Positions 31,626-41,491 are shown, counted from the first letter of the stretch. The stretch: 64,000 bases of DNA from Blastocatellia bacterium (GCA_963765495.1 CAVXWP010000002.1:352001-416000); one strand, 5' to 3'. Numbers and translations are program-made. The notes: generated by a model from the sequence alone, not told the origin.

Positions 31626-31995
31626 CGTGAAGAGTGAAGAGTGAAGAGTGATCCGTGATTGGCAGGGTCATTCAGTTTTCAAAGTGTAGATAAGGAAACT
31701 GGGAATAGGCCACGGATGACGCGGATGCGACGGATTTACGCGGATCTGATCTTATTTGAGCTAATCCGCGTAAATCCGCCAAAATCCGCGTCATCCGCGG
31801 CCTATTTCAACACGCCTTTGCTTGAACTCAACTTTTAACATTTCTTCCGCCTGTTGCCCGCTACTCAAAAACTGAATGGCCCTGCGTGATTGGTGATCCG
31901 TGATTTTCAGGCAAATGGCTGTTAACAGGTAATTGCCAATCTCCGGGTCACGAATCACGAATCACCCTTCACTCTTCACGCATCACGAATTACGC
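31626..31995. repeat. Family A heptamer-armed element interrupted by a MITE
   Basis: GTGAAGA/GTGATCC arms on the left, TCACGAA/TCACTCT arms on the right, conserved core at about 31900-31950. Confidence 0.75.
31663..31884. mobile_element. MITE with CAGGG termini (ISAs1-like) and 9-bp target-site duplication
   Basis: TIRs CAGGGTCATTCAGTTTT / AAAACTGAATGGCCCTG; CGTGATTGG duplicated at 31654-31662 and 31885-31893; contains a family C palindrome (31703-31807). Confidence 0.8.
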
Positions 31996-32072
31996 GCCGC
32001 CGATTGAAGGGGAGTGTGCCATCTGTTAACTTAGAATGGAGTCGATATACTGATAATTATTGGAGTAAGAAT

Positions 32073-33254
32073 ATGGCAAAAGATGTTCTCATACTTGGAG
32101 GTGCGCGCACACCGATGGGCGAATACGGCGGCGCGCTCAAAGACCTGTCGGCTATCGAACTCGGGGCGATTGCTGCCCGCGCCGCTTTGGAGCGCAGCAA
32201 CGTCACTCCCGATCAGATAGACCACACCGTTATCGGCAACGCATTGCAGACCTCAGGGGATGCGATTTACGGGGCTCGGCACGTAGCCTTAAAGGCAGGC
32301 GTGCCCGTGGACAGACCCGCGCTCACGGTAAATCGCCTCTGCGGCTCGGGGATTCAATCTATCGTATCGGGCGCGCAGATGATCCAGCTAGGCGAAGCCG
32401 GAGCAGTGCTCGCGGGCGGTATGGAATCCATGAGTCAGGCTCCTCACGTCCTGCGCGGAGCAAGATGGGGGTTCCGACTTGGCGAAGGCAAGCTTGAAGA
32501 TTCGCTGATGGTCGCGCTGCTCGATACGCATTGCGGACTCTACATGGCGCAAACGGCCGAAAATCTCGCCCTCAAACACGACATATCGCGCGAAGAGCAG
32601 GACCAGTACGCATTGCTCAGCCAGCAGCGGGCAGCTTCGGCCTGGGAATCAAACCGATTGGCCGAAGAGGTTGTCGCCGTCGAGATCAAAGGACGCAAAG
32701 GCTCTACGCTTTTCGAGCGGGACGATCACCTCCGCCCCGACACTTCGCTTGAGGGGCTTGCAAAACTCAAACCCGCCTTTTCAAAAGACGGTTTCGTGAC
32801 CGCTGGAAACGCATCAGGCATAGTGGATGGAGCCGCAGCCGTGGTCATCGCAGATGAAGAGACTGCTCGCAAGATGGAAGCCCGACCGCTCGGTCGGATT
32901 GTTTCGTGGGGTATCGCGGGCGTGCCTCCTGAAATCATGGGCATAGGACCTGTCCCGGCATCCGAGAAGGCCCTTAAAGCGGCGGGCCTGCGGCTTGAAG
33001 AGATTGATCTGGTCGAAGTGAACGAAGCATTCGCGGGCCAGTATCTCGCCGTAGAACGCGAGTTGCACCTCGACCGGGAGAGGACCAACGTAAACGGCGG
33101 CGCGATTGCCCTCGGCCATCCTCTTGGAGCCACGGGAACGCGCATTCTGCTCACCGTCCTGAACGAGCTTCGCCGCCGAGGCAAAAAGTACGGGCTTGCG
33201 ACCGCCTGCATAGGCGGCGGGCAGGGCATAGCCATGATCGTAGAAGCCTTCTAA
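32073..33254 (+). CDS. Acetyl-CoA C-acyltransferase (thiolase)
   Basis: NRLCGSG, EVNEAFA, GHPLGATG, CIGGGQG; GGAG RBS before ATG 32073. Confidence 0.95.
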   Translation: MAKDVLILGGARTPMGEYGGALKDLSAIELGAIAARAALERSNVTPDQIDHTVIGNALQTSGDAIYGARHVALKAGVPVDRPALTVNRLCGSGIQSIVSGAQMIQLGEAGAVLAGGMESMSQAPHVLRGARWGFRLGEGKLEDSLMVALLDTHCGLYMAQTAENLALKHDISREEQDQYALLSQQRAASAWESNRLAEEVVAVEIKGRKGSTLFERDDHLRPDTSLEGLAKLKPAFSKDGFVTAGNASGIVDGAAAVVIADEETARKMEARPLGRIVSWGIAGVPPEIMGIGPVPASEKALKAAGLRLEEIDLVEVNEAFAGQYLAVERELHLDRERTNVNGGAIALGHPLGATGTRILLTVLNELRRRGKKYGLATACIGGGQGIAMIVEAF

Positions 33255-33256
33255 GA

Positions 33257-33368
33257 GGGGCCAGGGGCCAGGGGTCGGGGGCCGAGGTTTAATGATCGCG
33301 TCAAAGTCCCATACGATTAAGCAGCAAGGCATTCAAGCGGATTCCCCGGCCCCCGACCCCTGGCCCCC
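33257..33368. repeat. G-rich heptamer inverted repeat
   Basis: GGGGCCAGGGGCCAGGGGTCGGGGGCCG...CGGCCCCCGACCCCTGGCCCC. Confidence 0.7.
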
Positions 33369-33380
33369 AGGAGAGAGACA

Positions 33381-34694
33381 TTGGAACAGGTTGCGAGCGA
33401 AAAGAAATTCCGACCCTGCCCCGGCTGCGGGTATCTGACTCCTTCGGATTCCCCCGCGTGCATCTATTGCGGATACGCTACGCCCGAAGCCGTGGCCGCC
33501 AAACAGGAAGAAGTCAAAATGCAGAGTTTTGCCCGCGCGCTCTTTTCGCGGTCCAATCCTCTTACGTACCTCTTTATAGGAATAAATCTCGGCGTCTTCT
33601 TTTTGATGTGGCTCGCGGGCGGAATGGGTGCGATGGCTACCGACCACAACGTACTGATAGGGTTTGGCGCAAAAGTAAACAGCCTCATCAATCAAAATCA
33701 CGAATATTGGCGACTCGTTACCTGCATATTTATTCACATAGGCTTTCTACATATATTCTTCAACAACTACGCTCTATGGATAGTAGGTCAGGAGATCGAA
33801 CGTCTTTACGGCTCGTCGCGATTCGCGCTTCTGTATCTGGTAACGGGGATAGCCGGTTCTCTCGGAAGCTATATTTTCAATCCTCAGGCCACGTCGGCGG
33901 GGGCCTCAGGCGCAATCTTCGGGCTGTTTGGCGTGATGGCGACTTTCGCCTTCAGGTATCGAACGGAGATACCCGATATCCTGAGACGCGAAATCACAAG
34001 GCGCGTGCTGCCGCTCATAGTCATCAATCTGTTATTCGGATTTTCAATCGCGGGAATTGACAATTCCGCGCACCTGGGAGGGCTCTTTTCAGGGGTCGTG
34101 CTCGGCCTTGTGATTCCTTACAAAAGGCCAAACGAAAAAGCTACGGCAGTAGTGTGGCGCGCGCTGATGGTCATCTGCATGGCGATCATAGCCGGATCGT
34201 GGATACTCGCATTTCGCAATTACGACGGCCCCAGACCCCAACTCGCTAACCTGACGGCAACACCAAACTCAAACGAAGGAATTGTGGAATACTTTGAAGG
34301 CATGCAGAAGGGCTTTGCCTTGTTAAAAAATTCCTTCGATTCGACCGGAGCTTCGCATAAAGACCAGACTCATAACTCCGCGCAGGCAGCATTAAAGCTG
34401 ATCGAAGAGGGGATAAAAAGCACCAATACCGCGCCAAACCTCAAGGGCGAAGCCGAACAATACCGCCAGAAGCTTTTGGCTCTGCTGACAAGACACAAAG
34501 AGATACTTCAGAAATTATCGACGACCAATCAGGCAGACCTGGAACGATTGGTTTCAGAAGAGACGGAGTTGCAAACCAGGAGCAACCAACTGGACGCAGA
34601 TTATCAAAACTGGCTCCCCGGTTTCTTGCAGGAACACGGCTACGAAATCCGCAAGGAACCCGGTGAAGAACAGCCTAAAGGCCCAACGACCTGA
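33381..34694 (+). CDS. Rhomboid intramembrane serine protease with N-terminal Zn ribbon and soluble C-terminal extension
   Basis: CPGC...CIYC, YWRLVT, HIGFLHIFFN, AGASGAIFG, AHLGG. Confidence 0.9.
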   Translation: MEQVASEKKFRPCPGCGYLTPSDSPACIYCGYATPEAVAAKQEEVKMQSFARALFSRSNPLTYLFIGINLGVFFLMWLAGGMGAMATDHNVLIGFGAKVNSLINQNHEYWRLVTCIFIHIGFLHIFFNNYALWIVGQEIERLYGSSRFALLYLVTGIAGSLGSYIFNPQATSAGASGAIFGLFGVMATFAFRYRTEIPDILRREITRRVLPLIVINLLFGFSIAGIDNSAHLGGLFSGVVLGLVIPYKRPNEKATAVVWRALMVICMAIIAGSWILAFRNYDGPRPQLANLTATPNSNEGIVEYFEGMQKGFALLKNSFDSTGASHKDQTHNSAQAALKLIEEGIKSTNTAPNLKGEAEQYRQKLLALLTRHKEILQKLSTTNQADLERLVSEETELQTRSNQLDADYQNWLPGFLQEHGYEIRKEPGEEQPKGPTT

Positions 34695-34836
34695 CAGGGC
34701 CGTTCGTTTTTTGAGTTGCGGGCAATAGGCGGGATAAATCCTAAAGAGTCAGATCCGTGAAAATCCGTCGCATCCGTCGAATCCGGGACCTATTTCTATT
34801 CGCCTATCCTGAATCCTGGAAAACTGAACAGCCCTG
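34695..34836. mobile_element. Second, shorter and diverged copy of the CAGGG-terminated MITE, inverted
   Basis: CAGGGCCGTTCGTTTTTTGAGTTGCGGGCAATAGGCGG matches the reverse complement of the right end of the 31663-31884 element; ends AAAACTGAACAGCCCTG; no clear TSD. Confidence 0.65.
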
Positions 34837-34915
34837 ATCGGTTGAAGAATCCCGCGCAAAGTAATACCCTTCTCTGTTTCGATATTGTAGCAATATTTCA
34901 TGGAGGATAAACGAA

Positions 34916-35806
34916 ATGGCAATTAATAAAGTAGGCGTGCTCGGCTGTGGCCTGATGGGATCGGGAATCGCTCAGGTTTGCGCTCAGGCCGGGCGCGATG
35001 TCACGGTTGTCGAGGTGTCGGAAGAATTTCTCAGCAAAGGGATGGGAAACATACATCGCCAGCTTGACCGGATGGTAGAGAAAGGCAAGCTCGAAGGCGA
35101 GGCGCGGGATCAAATCGCGGGCCGTCTGCGCGGCTCTACAAGCCTCGAAGATGTAGCCGAGGCAGACATCGTGATCGAGGCGATCATCGAAAACATGGAT
35201 GAGAAGCACAAGACATATTCCGCGCTCGACAGTCTGTGCAAACCCGAAACCATATTTGCTACCAACACGTCGAGCCTGTCGGTCACGCAAATGATGACCT
35301 CTACAAGTCCTGAGCGGCAGCGCCGTTTTATAGGCATGCATTTCTTCAACCCGGTGCCTGTGATGAAGCTCGTAGAGATCGTCCGCACAATCCTGACCGA
35401 CCCCGAAGTATTTCAGGCAGCAACCGAGTTCGGGCGCGACATAGGCAAGGTTCCCGTGCAGACATCCGACAGAACCGGGTTTATCGTCAACCGTCTGCTT
35501 GTGCCTTATATGCTCGATTCCATCCGCGCGCTCGAAGAGGGCGTAGCCTCAATCGTAGACATAGACAACGCGATGAAGCTCGGCTGCGGCTATCCGATGG
35601 GGCCGCTTACGCTTGGAGATTTCGTAGGTCTGGACACTACCTATTACATCGCAAACATAATGTTTGACGAATTCAAAGAGAAGCGATTCGCGCCGCCGCC
35701 GCTTTTGAAGCGAATGGTAATGGCGGGACTATATGGCCGAAAGGCGGGACGCGGATTTTACGACTACAGCGACCCGCAAAACCCGAAGCCGATGAATCTG
35801 CTTTAA
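34916..35806 (+). CDS. hbd: 3-hydroxybutyryl-CoA dehydrogenase
   Basis: GCGLMGSGIA, EAIIE, TNTSSLS, GMHFFNP, GFIVNRLL, YPMGP. Confidence 0.93.
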   Translation: MAINKVGVLGCGLMGSGIAQVCAQAGRDVTVVEVSEEFLSKGMGNIHRQLDRMVEKGKLEGEARDQIAGRLRGSTSLEDVAEADIVIEAIIENMDEKHKTYSALDSLCKPETIFATNTSSLSVTQMMTSTSPERQRRFIGMHFFNPVPVMKLVEIVRTILTDPEVFQAATEFGRDIGKVPVQTSDRTGFIVNRLLVPYMLDSIRALEEGVASIVDIDNAMKLGCGYPMGPLTLGDFVGLDTTYYIANIMFDEFKEKRFAPPPLLKRMVMAGLYGRKAGRGFYDYSDPQNPKPMNLL

Positions 35807-35850
35807 TCCCGGAAGACTAAGGATTTGAGATTTGTTGAAATCTCAGATCC

Positions 35851-38757
35851 TTAACCGGCTTCGCCGACCAGTGTGGCGCGGGGAAGTATGGCAGGTGGTA
35901 TAAGCTCAAGAAATCGCGATACCACGGAAAATGAGCTAGGTCCTACGCCTTCGTTGGCGCTCAACGGATAGGTGAAATACAGATAACGTCTTGCCCGTGT
36001 AGCCGCTACGTAAAACAAGCGCCTCTCTTCTTCCATCTCTTCGTCCGTGTTGTAGGCCCGCGAAGACGGGAACCACCCGTCCATAACCCAGATCACAAAC
36101 ACCGCATCCCATTCCAGCCCCTTCGCTGAATGGACCGTCGAAAGCGTTACGGCTCCCTCACCTCCCGCCGCCGTTTCCGCTACGCCCGCATCGCCACGGT
36201 CGTGCATCACTTCGGCCAGCAGGTCATCCGCCTTGCGATAGCGTTTCGCTATCGTTGTCAGATGCTCAATGTCCCGCTCCCGCCTCGGGTAATCATCGTA
36301 TCTGGTCTGCAATATTCGCTTGTAGTAACGCTCTACTACATTAAGCTGGTCTTCTGGTCTGGACTCTTTCACAACCGATTGCAGCAATCGAGCGAGTTTA
36401 GCCAGTTGATCTTTATAATTTGGACGCGAGGGAAATTCTTTCAATTCCTTGAAGAGCTTCTCTTTTGCCTTCGCGGTTCGGAATTGCTTTTCGCCTATGC
36501 GAAGGAACTCGACTATGCGCTCGGCCGTGGCGTCGCCTATAAAATCAACCATCTTGAGCACGCGAAACCAGGATACGGAATCCGACGGATTCGATACGAT
36601 CCGCAAAAACGACAGCACGTCTTTGACGTGAGCAAGCTCGGCCAGCTTTATCCCGCCGAACTTGCGAAACGGGATTCCCTGTTTCCCAAGTTCGATCTCC
36701 AGATCGAACGAATGAGAGCCCGCTCGAAACAGGACCGCGACCTCGTCAAGCGAGACCCCCTCCTGCCTTAACTCTTCGATCTGCTGGACCACGAATTGTG
36801 ACTGCTCGTTTTCATCGCGGGCGCTGACAAGCATAGGTAGCCCGCCCTCTTCGATTGATGAGAAGAGCCGTTTCGAATACCCCTCGCTTGCGCCCCCGAT
36901 GATCGTATTGGCCACGTCGAGTATCGGTTGAGTGCTGCGAAAATTCTCTTCGAGTTTTATCACCTGCGCATCGGGAAAGAGTTCCGGGAACTCAAGCATA
37001 TTCTTAAAGCTCGCCCCGCGAAATGAATAGATAGCCTGACTCTCGTCTCCGACCACCGCCACATTGTTGTGCGTGCCCGCCATCAACCGGACTATCTCCG
37101 CCTGCAAGCGGTTTGTGTCCTGATACTCGTCCACCATTATGTAGCGATACTGTTCCGACAGTCGCCGCCTCAATTCTTCGCTCGCTTCGAGGGCATCGCG
37201 CAAACGTCCGAGCAGATCGTCGTAGGTGAGCAGGTGGCGTTCGCGCTTGTAGGCATCAAACAACTCGGACATCTCTTCGAGCGTGTGGAGTTCGTGCGCG
37301 AATTGCGGGTAGTGCTGATCGAGCACGTCTTCAACAGAGATCAGCTTGTTTGCGGCCATGCTGAAGATCGCAGAGACGGTATGTTTTCGCGGGAAACGCC
37401 TCTCTTTTGCGGTCAGGTCCATCTGGCGGCGGAGCAAATCTATCAGGTCTTCGGCGTCACCCGGATCAAGCACCGTAAATGCGCGGAGTACGCCTGCGAG
37501 AGCCGGATACTTTCTGAGCGTAAAATGAGCCATCGAGTGAAAGGTGCCGCCTGCGACTCTCTGGCAACGCTCATCGGCAAGCGAGGCGGCGCGAGCCAGC
37601 ATACTGGCAGCCGCGCGGCGTGTGAAGGTGAGCAGTAAAACCGATTCGGGCGCGATTCCGGTCTCTACCAATCGAGCCATGCGATAGACGAGCGTGCGGG
37701 TCTTTCCCGTGCCCGCGCCCGCCACTATCAGCAGCGGGCCGTCAATCGTTGTGACCGCTTTGTACTGCGCCTCGTTCAACTCTTTTTCGTAATCAATTCT
37801 GGCCGCGCGAGACGGAGCGGCCACGGGTTTTAGGACAAGGCGCGTCTTTGGACGGGCAGGTTTGGCCTGTCCGAGTTCGAGGTCGCGTTTGAGCGTTTTG
37901 AGAGCCGTGGCCAGTTCATCTACGGCTTTGTAACGGTTCCGCACCTCTTTGGTTAGAGAGCGGGTGATTATCGCCTGGACATCGGAGGGCAGGCCCGCCT
38001 TGATTTTTTCGAGCGGGTCCGGCTCTTTGTGCACGATGGCGTGCATCGTGTCTATGTCGTTCGCTCCTTTGAAAGGGCATCGACCCGTTATCATCTCGTA
38101 AAGCACTACGCCGAAAGAAAAGATATCCGTTCGATGGTCTACACGTCGCCCAAGCAACTGTTCAGGCGACATATAGTTGATCGTACCCATAATGGTTCCG
38201 TCCTGAGTATGGACCTGTAAAACGGTCTTTTCATCGGAGCGGACCGAGGTTTTTCGATTGCGCGCGATGAGTTTTGCGAGGCCGAAATCGAGAATCTTTG
38301 CATAGCCGTCGCGACTGACCATCAGGTTTTCAGGTTTCAGGTCGCGGTGAATTATTCCGTGCTCGTGCGCCTTGGCAAGCCCTCCGGCAATCTGAATGGC
38401 GATGTCTAACACATCAGGCAACGTAAGCTTTTGAGATTTAATCTTGTGACGCAATGTTTCGCCGTGTATGAACTCCATGGCCATGAAGGGACGGCCTTCG
38501 TCTTCGCCTACCTCGTAAACCGTGAGTATATGCGGATGGTTGAGCGCCGAGGCGGCCCGCGCTTCCTGGAGAAAACGGCGGCGGCGATCCTCTCGCGATA
38601 CGGCATCAGGGGGCAGAACTTTGAGCGCCACTACGCGGTCGAGTTTCTCGTCATAAGCCTTGTAGACCGCGCCCATACCGCCTGCGCCCAGGGGCTCGAT
38701 TACCCGGTAATGCGCGATATAACTCTCTTCAGCAATCAAATCCATAGGGCGTCCCAT
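35851..38757 (-). CDS. Ser/Thr protein kinase fused to a UvrD/REP (SF1) helicase
   Basis: Kinase GAGGMG, VALK, HRDLKPEN, DFG, YMSPEQ; helicase AGAGTGKT, VDEYQD, GD..QAIYSFRGA, NFRST, HSAKGLEW, EERRLFYVAATRAR, all in one frame; start ATG 38757 or 38745. Confidence 0.88.
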   Translation of the reverse strand: MGRPMDLIAEESYIAHYRVIEPLGAGGMGAVYKAYDEKLDRVVALKVLPPDAVSREDRRRRFLQEARAASALNHPHILTVYEVGEDEGRPFMAMEFIHGETLRHKIKSQKLTLPDVLDIAIQIAGGLAKAHEHGIIHRDLKPENLMVSRDGYAKILDFGLAKLIARNRKTSVRSDEKTVLQVHTQDGTIMGTINYMSPEQLLGRRVDHRTDIFSFGVVLYEMITGRCPFKGANDIDTMHAIVHKEPDPLEKIKAGLPSDVQAIITRSLTKEVRNRYKAVDELATALKTLKRDLELGQAKPARPKTRLVLKPVAAPSRAARIDYEKELNEAQYKAVTTIDGPLLIVAGAGTGKTRTLVYRMARLVETGIAPESVLLLTFTRRAAASMLARAASLADERCQRVAGGTFHSMAHFTLRKYPALAGVLRAFTVLDPGDAEDLIDLLRRQMDLTAKERRFPRKHTVSAIFSMAANKLISVEDVLDQHYPQFAHELHTLEEMSELFDAYKRERHLLTYDDLLGRLRDALEASEELRRRLSEQYRYIMVDEYQDTNRLQAEIVRLMAGTHNNVAVVGDESQAIYSFRGASFKNMLEFPELFPDAQVIKLEENFRSTQPILDVANTIIGGASEGYSKRLFSSIEEGGLPMLVSARDENEQSQFVVQQIEELRQEGVSLDEVAVLFRAGSHSFDLEIELGKQGIPFRKFGGIKLAELAHVKDVLSFLRIVSNPSDSVSWFRVLKMVDFIGDATAERIVEFLRIGEKQFRTAKAKEKLFKELKEFPSRPNYKDQLAKLARLLQSVVKESRPEDQLNVVERYYKRILQTRYDDYPRRERDIEHLTTIAKRYRKADDLLAEVMHDRGDAGVAETAAGGEGAVTLSTVHSAKGLEWDAVFVIWVMDGWFPSSRAYNTDEEMEEERRLFYVAATRARRYLYFTYPLSANEGVGPSSFSVVSRFLELIPPAILPRATLVGEAG

Positions 38758-38840
38758 CACCTGAATGAACCATTGTACGATTCGTGAGACATTGTAGTCC
38801 ATCAGGCGCGCTAACCAAAGTCGAATGCGGAAATAGTAAG

Positions 38841-38941
38841 ACGTAATTCGTGATGCGTGATGCGTGATGCGTGATTCGTGAGGCAAGCACTTACCTGTCA
38901 ACAGCCATCCGCCTGATAATCACGCATCACGCATCACGCAT
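38841..38941. repeat. Heptamer-armed element (family A), inverted orientation
   Basis: (GTGATGC)n and (CACGCAT)n arms; core TTACCTGTCAACAGCCAT is the reverse complement of the core seen at 21506 and 31915. Confidence 0.8.
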
Positions 38942-39058
38942 AGCGCCCCGCCGCTTTACGGCCAACAACCATAAAGTTATACTCCTAACCGTCGTCGGAC
39001 AGTGGGTCGTCACGACATGGGTCCAGTCATTTTTCAGGTAAGAGGAAGAACAGATCTG

Positions 39059-40531
39059 ATGGCTGATCTGAAAACATTGCAGGTGCCGGACACTTCCGAG
39101 CGGCTTCGACGTATTTACGATCTCGCGCTAACGGTTAGCGGCAATCCCATCGAAGTATTCGATCACATAGTCGAAATCATCGCGGAGTTGTTTGGAGTCC
39201 GCATTGCGCTTGTCGAAAAGATCGAAGGCGAAAAGATAATCGCGCTTTCCATGTATATAGATGGCCGTATACATCACGAAGGCGAATTCGATCTGACCGT
39301 CACGCCCTGCGCCAATGTGCAGCAGACTCGCTCGTTTTGCAGCTTCACCTCAGCAGCCGAAGTCTTCCCGCACGACTCTTTTCTGCGTGAGCATGCAATA
39401 ACGACTTATATCGGCATGCCAGTCATCGGAACCGACGGCGAGGTGATAGCGGTTATCAACGCGATGAATGACCGCCCGATACACCTCTCACCCGAAGACA
39501 GGCTCTTTTTGGAAGCGCTGGCATCGAGGGTGCGGCTTGAAATGGAGCGAACTGAAAAGATCACGGAAACCGCGCAGATCCGCACGTTGCTTGAAATATC
39601 ACGCGACATATCTCAGTTAAGAGGCCTTGACGACATACTCAAAATAATCGTTGACCACGTAAAAGAAGCGTTGGGTTCCGACATTGCCGCCTTTGCCACG
39701 CTCGATGAACAGGTGGGAACAACCAGTTGGAAAGCGATGGCCGGTTATCGAACCGATTCATATAAGACAGCCGTATTCGCTCCGGGTCAGGGCACAGCCG
39801 GGCGTGCCGTGGCTTCGCGCAAGACCGTCGTGCTCGAAGGCATAGGCGAAAACCCGGACCTCCCCGCAGAAGAATTTACCATTCATACGCCCGAAGCCAT
39901 TCGTAATGCCATCGGTGTCCCAGTGATCAAAAGCGACCGTGTGGTCGGGGTGCTTATTGCCGGTTACAGGTCTCAGCGGACTTTCAGCGAGCCACAGATC
40001 AGACTGGCCGAAGCCATTGCCGCTCACGCCGCCGTAGCGGTCGAAAACTCGCGCCTCTTTACCGAGCTTTCAATCCTGAACGAACGACTCGTGGATGCCG
40101 ACAGAACAAAGACCGAATTGATCGCCGAGCTTTCGACTCCCGTCATGCCGATCTGGGAGCATGTATTGTTCGTACCCATAATCGGCACCCTAAACGCCGA
40201 GCGGGCAAAGCAGGTCACCGATGCTCTGCTCAAGAAAACGGCGGGCGGCGGCGCTGAAATTGTCCTGCTCGATATCACCGGTGTCCGTACAGTCGATACG
40301 GACGCGGCGCAGCATCTTCGCAACACAATCGCGGCGGTGCGAGTGCTCGGCGCGCGGTGCATCATCACAGGCATAGGCGCAGCCGTGGCCCATACAATCG
40401 TGCGCCTCGGGATAAATCTTGAAGGAGTAAAGACTCGCCGCAAGCTCTCCGACGGGCTTCAACTCGCCCTCGAATTGATGGCCGAATCCGCTTCCGCAAA
40501 CGATATTCAAACACGTGGAAATTATTTCTGA
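39059..40531 (+). CDS. GAF-GAF-STAS protein (RsbR-like stressosome sensor)
   Basis: Two GAF-like regions (TPCANV...YIGMP; GQGTAGRA...GVPV); C-terminal ELSTPVMP, LDITGV..VDT, ITGI. Confidence 0.85.
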   Translation: MADLKTLQVPDTSERLRRIYDLALTVSGNPIEVFDHIVEIIAELFGVRIALVEKIEGEKIIALSMYIDGRIHHEGEFDLTVTPCANVQQTRSFCSFTSAAEVFPHDSFLREHAITTYIGMPVIGTDGEVIAVINAMNDRPIHLSPEDRLFLEALASRVRLEMERTEKITETAQIRTLLEISRDISQLRGLDDILKIIVDHVKEALGSDIAAFATLDEQVGTTSWKAMAGYRTDSYKTAVFAPGQGTAGRAVASRKTVVLEGIGENPDLPAEEFTIHTPEAIRNAIGVPVIKSDRVVGVLIAGYRSQRTFSEPQIRLAEAIAAHAAVAVENSRLFTELSILNERLVDADRTKTELIAELSTPVMPIWEHVLFVPIIGTLNAERAKQVTDALLKKTAGGGAEIVLLDITGVRTVDTDAAQHLRNTIAAVRVLGARCIITGIGAAVAHTIVRLGINLEGVKTRRKLSDGLQLALELMAESASANDIQTRGNYF

Positions 40532-40539
40532 TTGACTCT

Positions 40540-41373
40540 TCAACCGAGACGCTCATCGAGCCAGTCGGTTACGCGGGTGTAGAGGTCTACTTTTTCCGGT
40601 TCGTTGAACAACTCGTGATAATATCCCGGATAGATTATCAATTCCTTGTCGGTTGAGCCTATTTGATTGAATACTTCCCGGGTCGCTTCGACGTTTGCAA
40701 GGCGGTCTTCGCTTCCGTGCATGACCAGCACCGGCAATCTTACGCGGTCGGCCCACGCCTTCACCTGATTCATAGCCCGGTCAGCCTCGGCAAACCATCG
40801 AGTGCTGACCACGCGATGCACAAGCGGGTCGGCCTCATAAGCTCTACCCACTTCCTGATCGCGGCTTAAAACTTTCGGATTAATCTCATTGGGCAGGCGC
40901 AGACGCGGCATCAAATGCGAGCCTACTTTCGCTATCATCAGCTTGTGCGGGGGCACGCGCACGGCAAGCCCGATCAGGGGCGCAGAGATAACGGCTCCGC
41001 TAAGCCCTGCGCTACGGCTTGCGACATAGCGCAAGGTGACCAGCCCGCCCATGCTGTGGCCGATTATGAAAAGCTTTCTCGCCCTATCGAAAGAACCGGC
41101 CAGAGAGATCACCCGGTCGAGGTCCTCTTCATAATCGGCAAACCGATTGATATGCCCCGGCAATCCTTCTGACCGCCCGTGCCCGCGCTGATCATACGAG
41201 GTGACGGAGAACTGATGGGCCAGAAGATGATCTGTCAGAGGGCCGTATCGCCCGCTATGCTCGCCGAAACCATGCACGATGATTACTTCTGCCCGGGGCT
41301 CGCTCGACTCTCTGCGCCACACGTGCAGCCGCAATCGATCAGGCGTAGTGATACTGAGTTCTGTTTGTAGCAT
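40540..41373 (-). CDS. Lysophospholipase/monoacylglycerol lipase (alpha/beta hydrolase)
   Basis: HGFGEHSGRY, DQRGHGRS, GHSMGG, HGSED, HELFNE. Confidence 0.9.
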   Translation of the reverse strand: MLQTELSITTPDRLRLHVWRRESSEPRAEVIIVHGFGEHSGRYGPLTDHLLAHQFSVTSYDQRGHGRSEGLPGHINRFADYEEDLDRVISLAGSFDRARKLFIIGHSMGGLVTLRYVASRSAGLSGAVISAPLIGLAVRVPPHKLMIAKVGSHLMPRLRLPNEINPKVLSRDQEVGRAYEADPLVHRVVSTRWFAEADRAMNQVKAWADRVRLPVLVMHGSEDRLANVEATREVFNQIGSTDKELIIYPGYYHELFNEPEKVDLYTRVTDWLDERLG

Positions 41374-41491
41374 AGGCGGTCAGACAGGTTTCAGATTGCG
41401 GGCAAAGGTTAGTCGCTATATCAGGAAATTGCAACCCGAAGCTGGCGCAAAGTTTTAATCGGCCCTGGCTAAACAATTACCGCGCTGCCTG

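Noticed and set aside
34686-34845. Target-site duplication around the second MITE copy
   Set aside because: Flanks ACGACCTGA and ATCGGTTGA match at only 4 of 9 positions
38758-38901. N-terminal extension of the kinase-helicase ORF (MTGKCLPHESRITHHASRIT...)
   Set aside because: Translation of the heptamer repeat element; the real start is most likely 38757 or 38745
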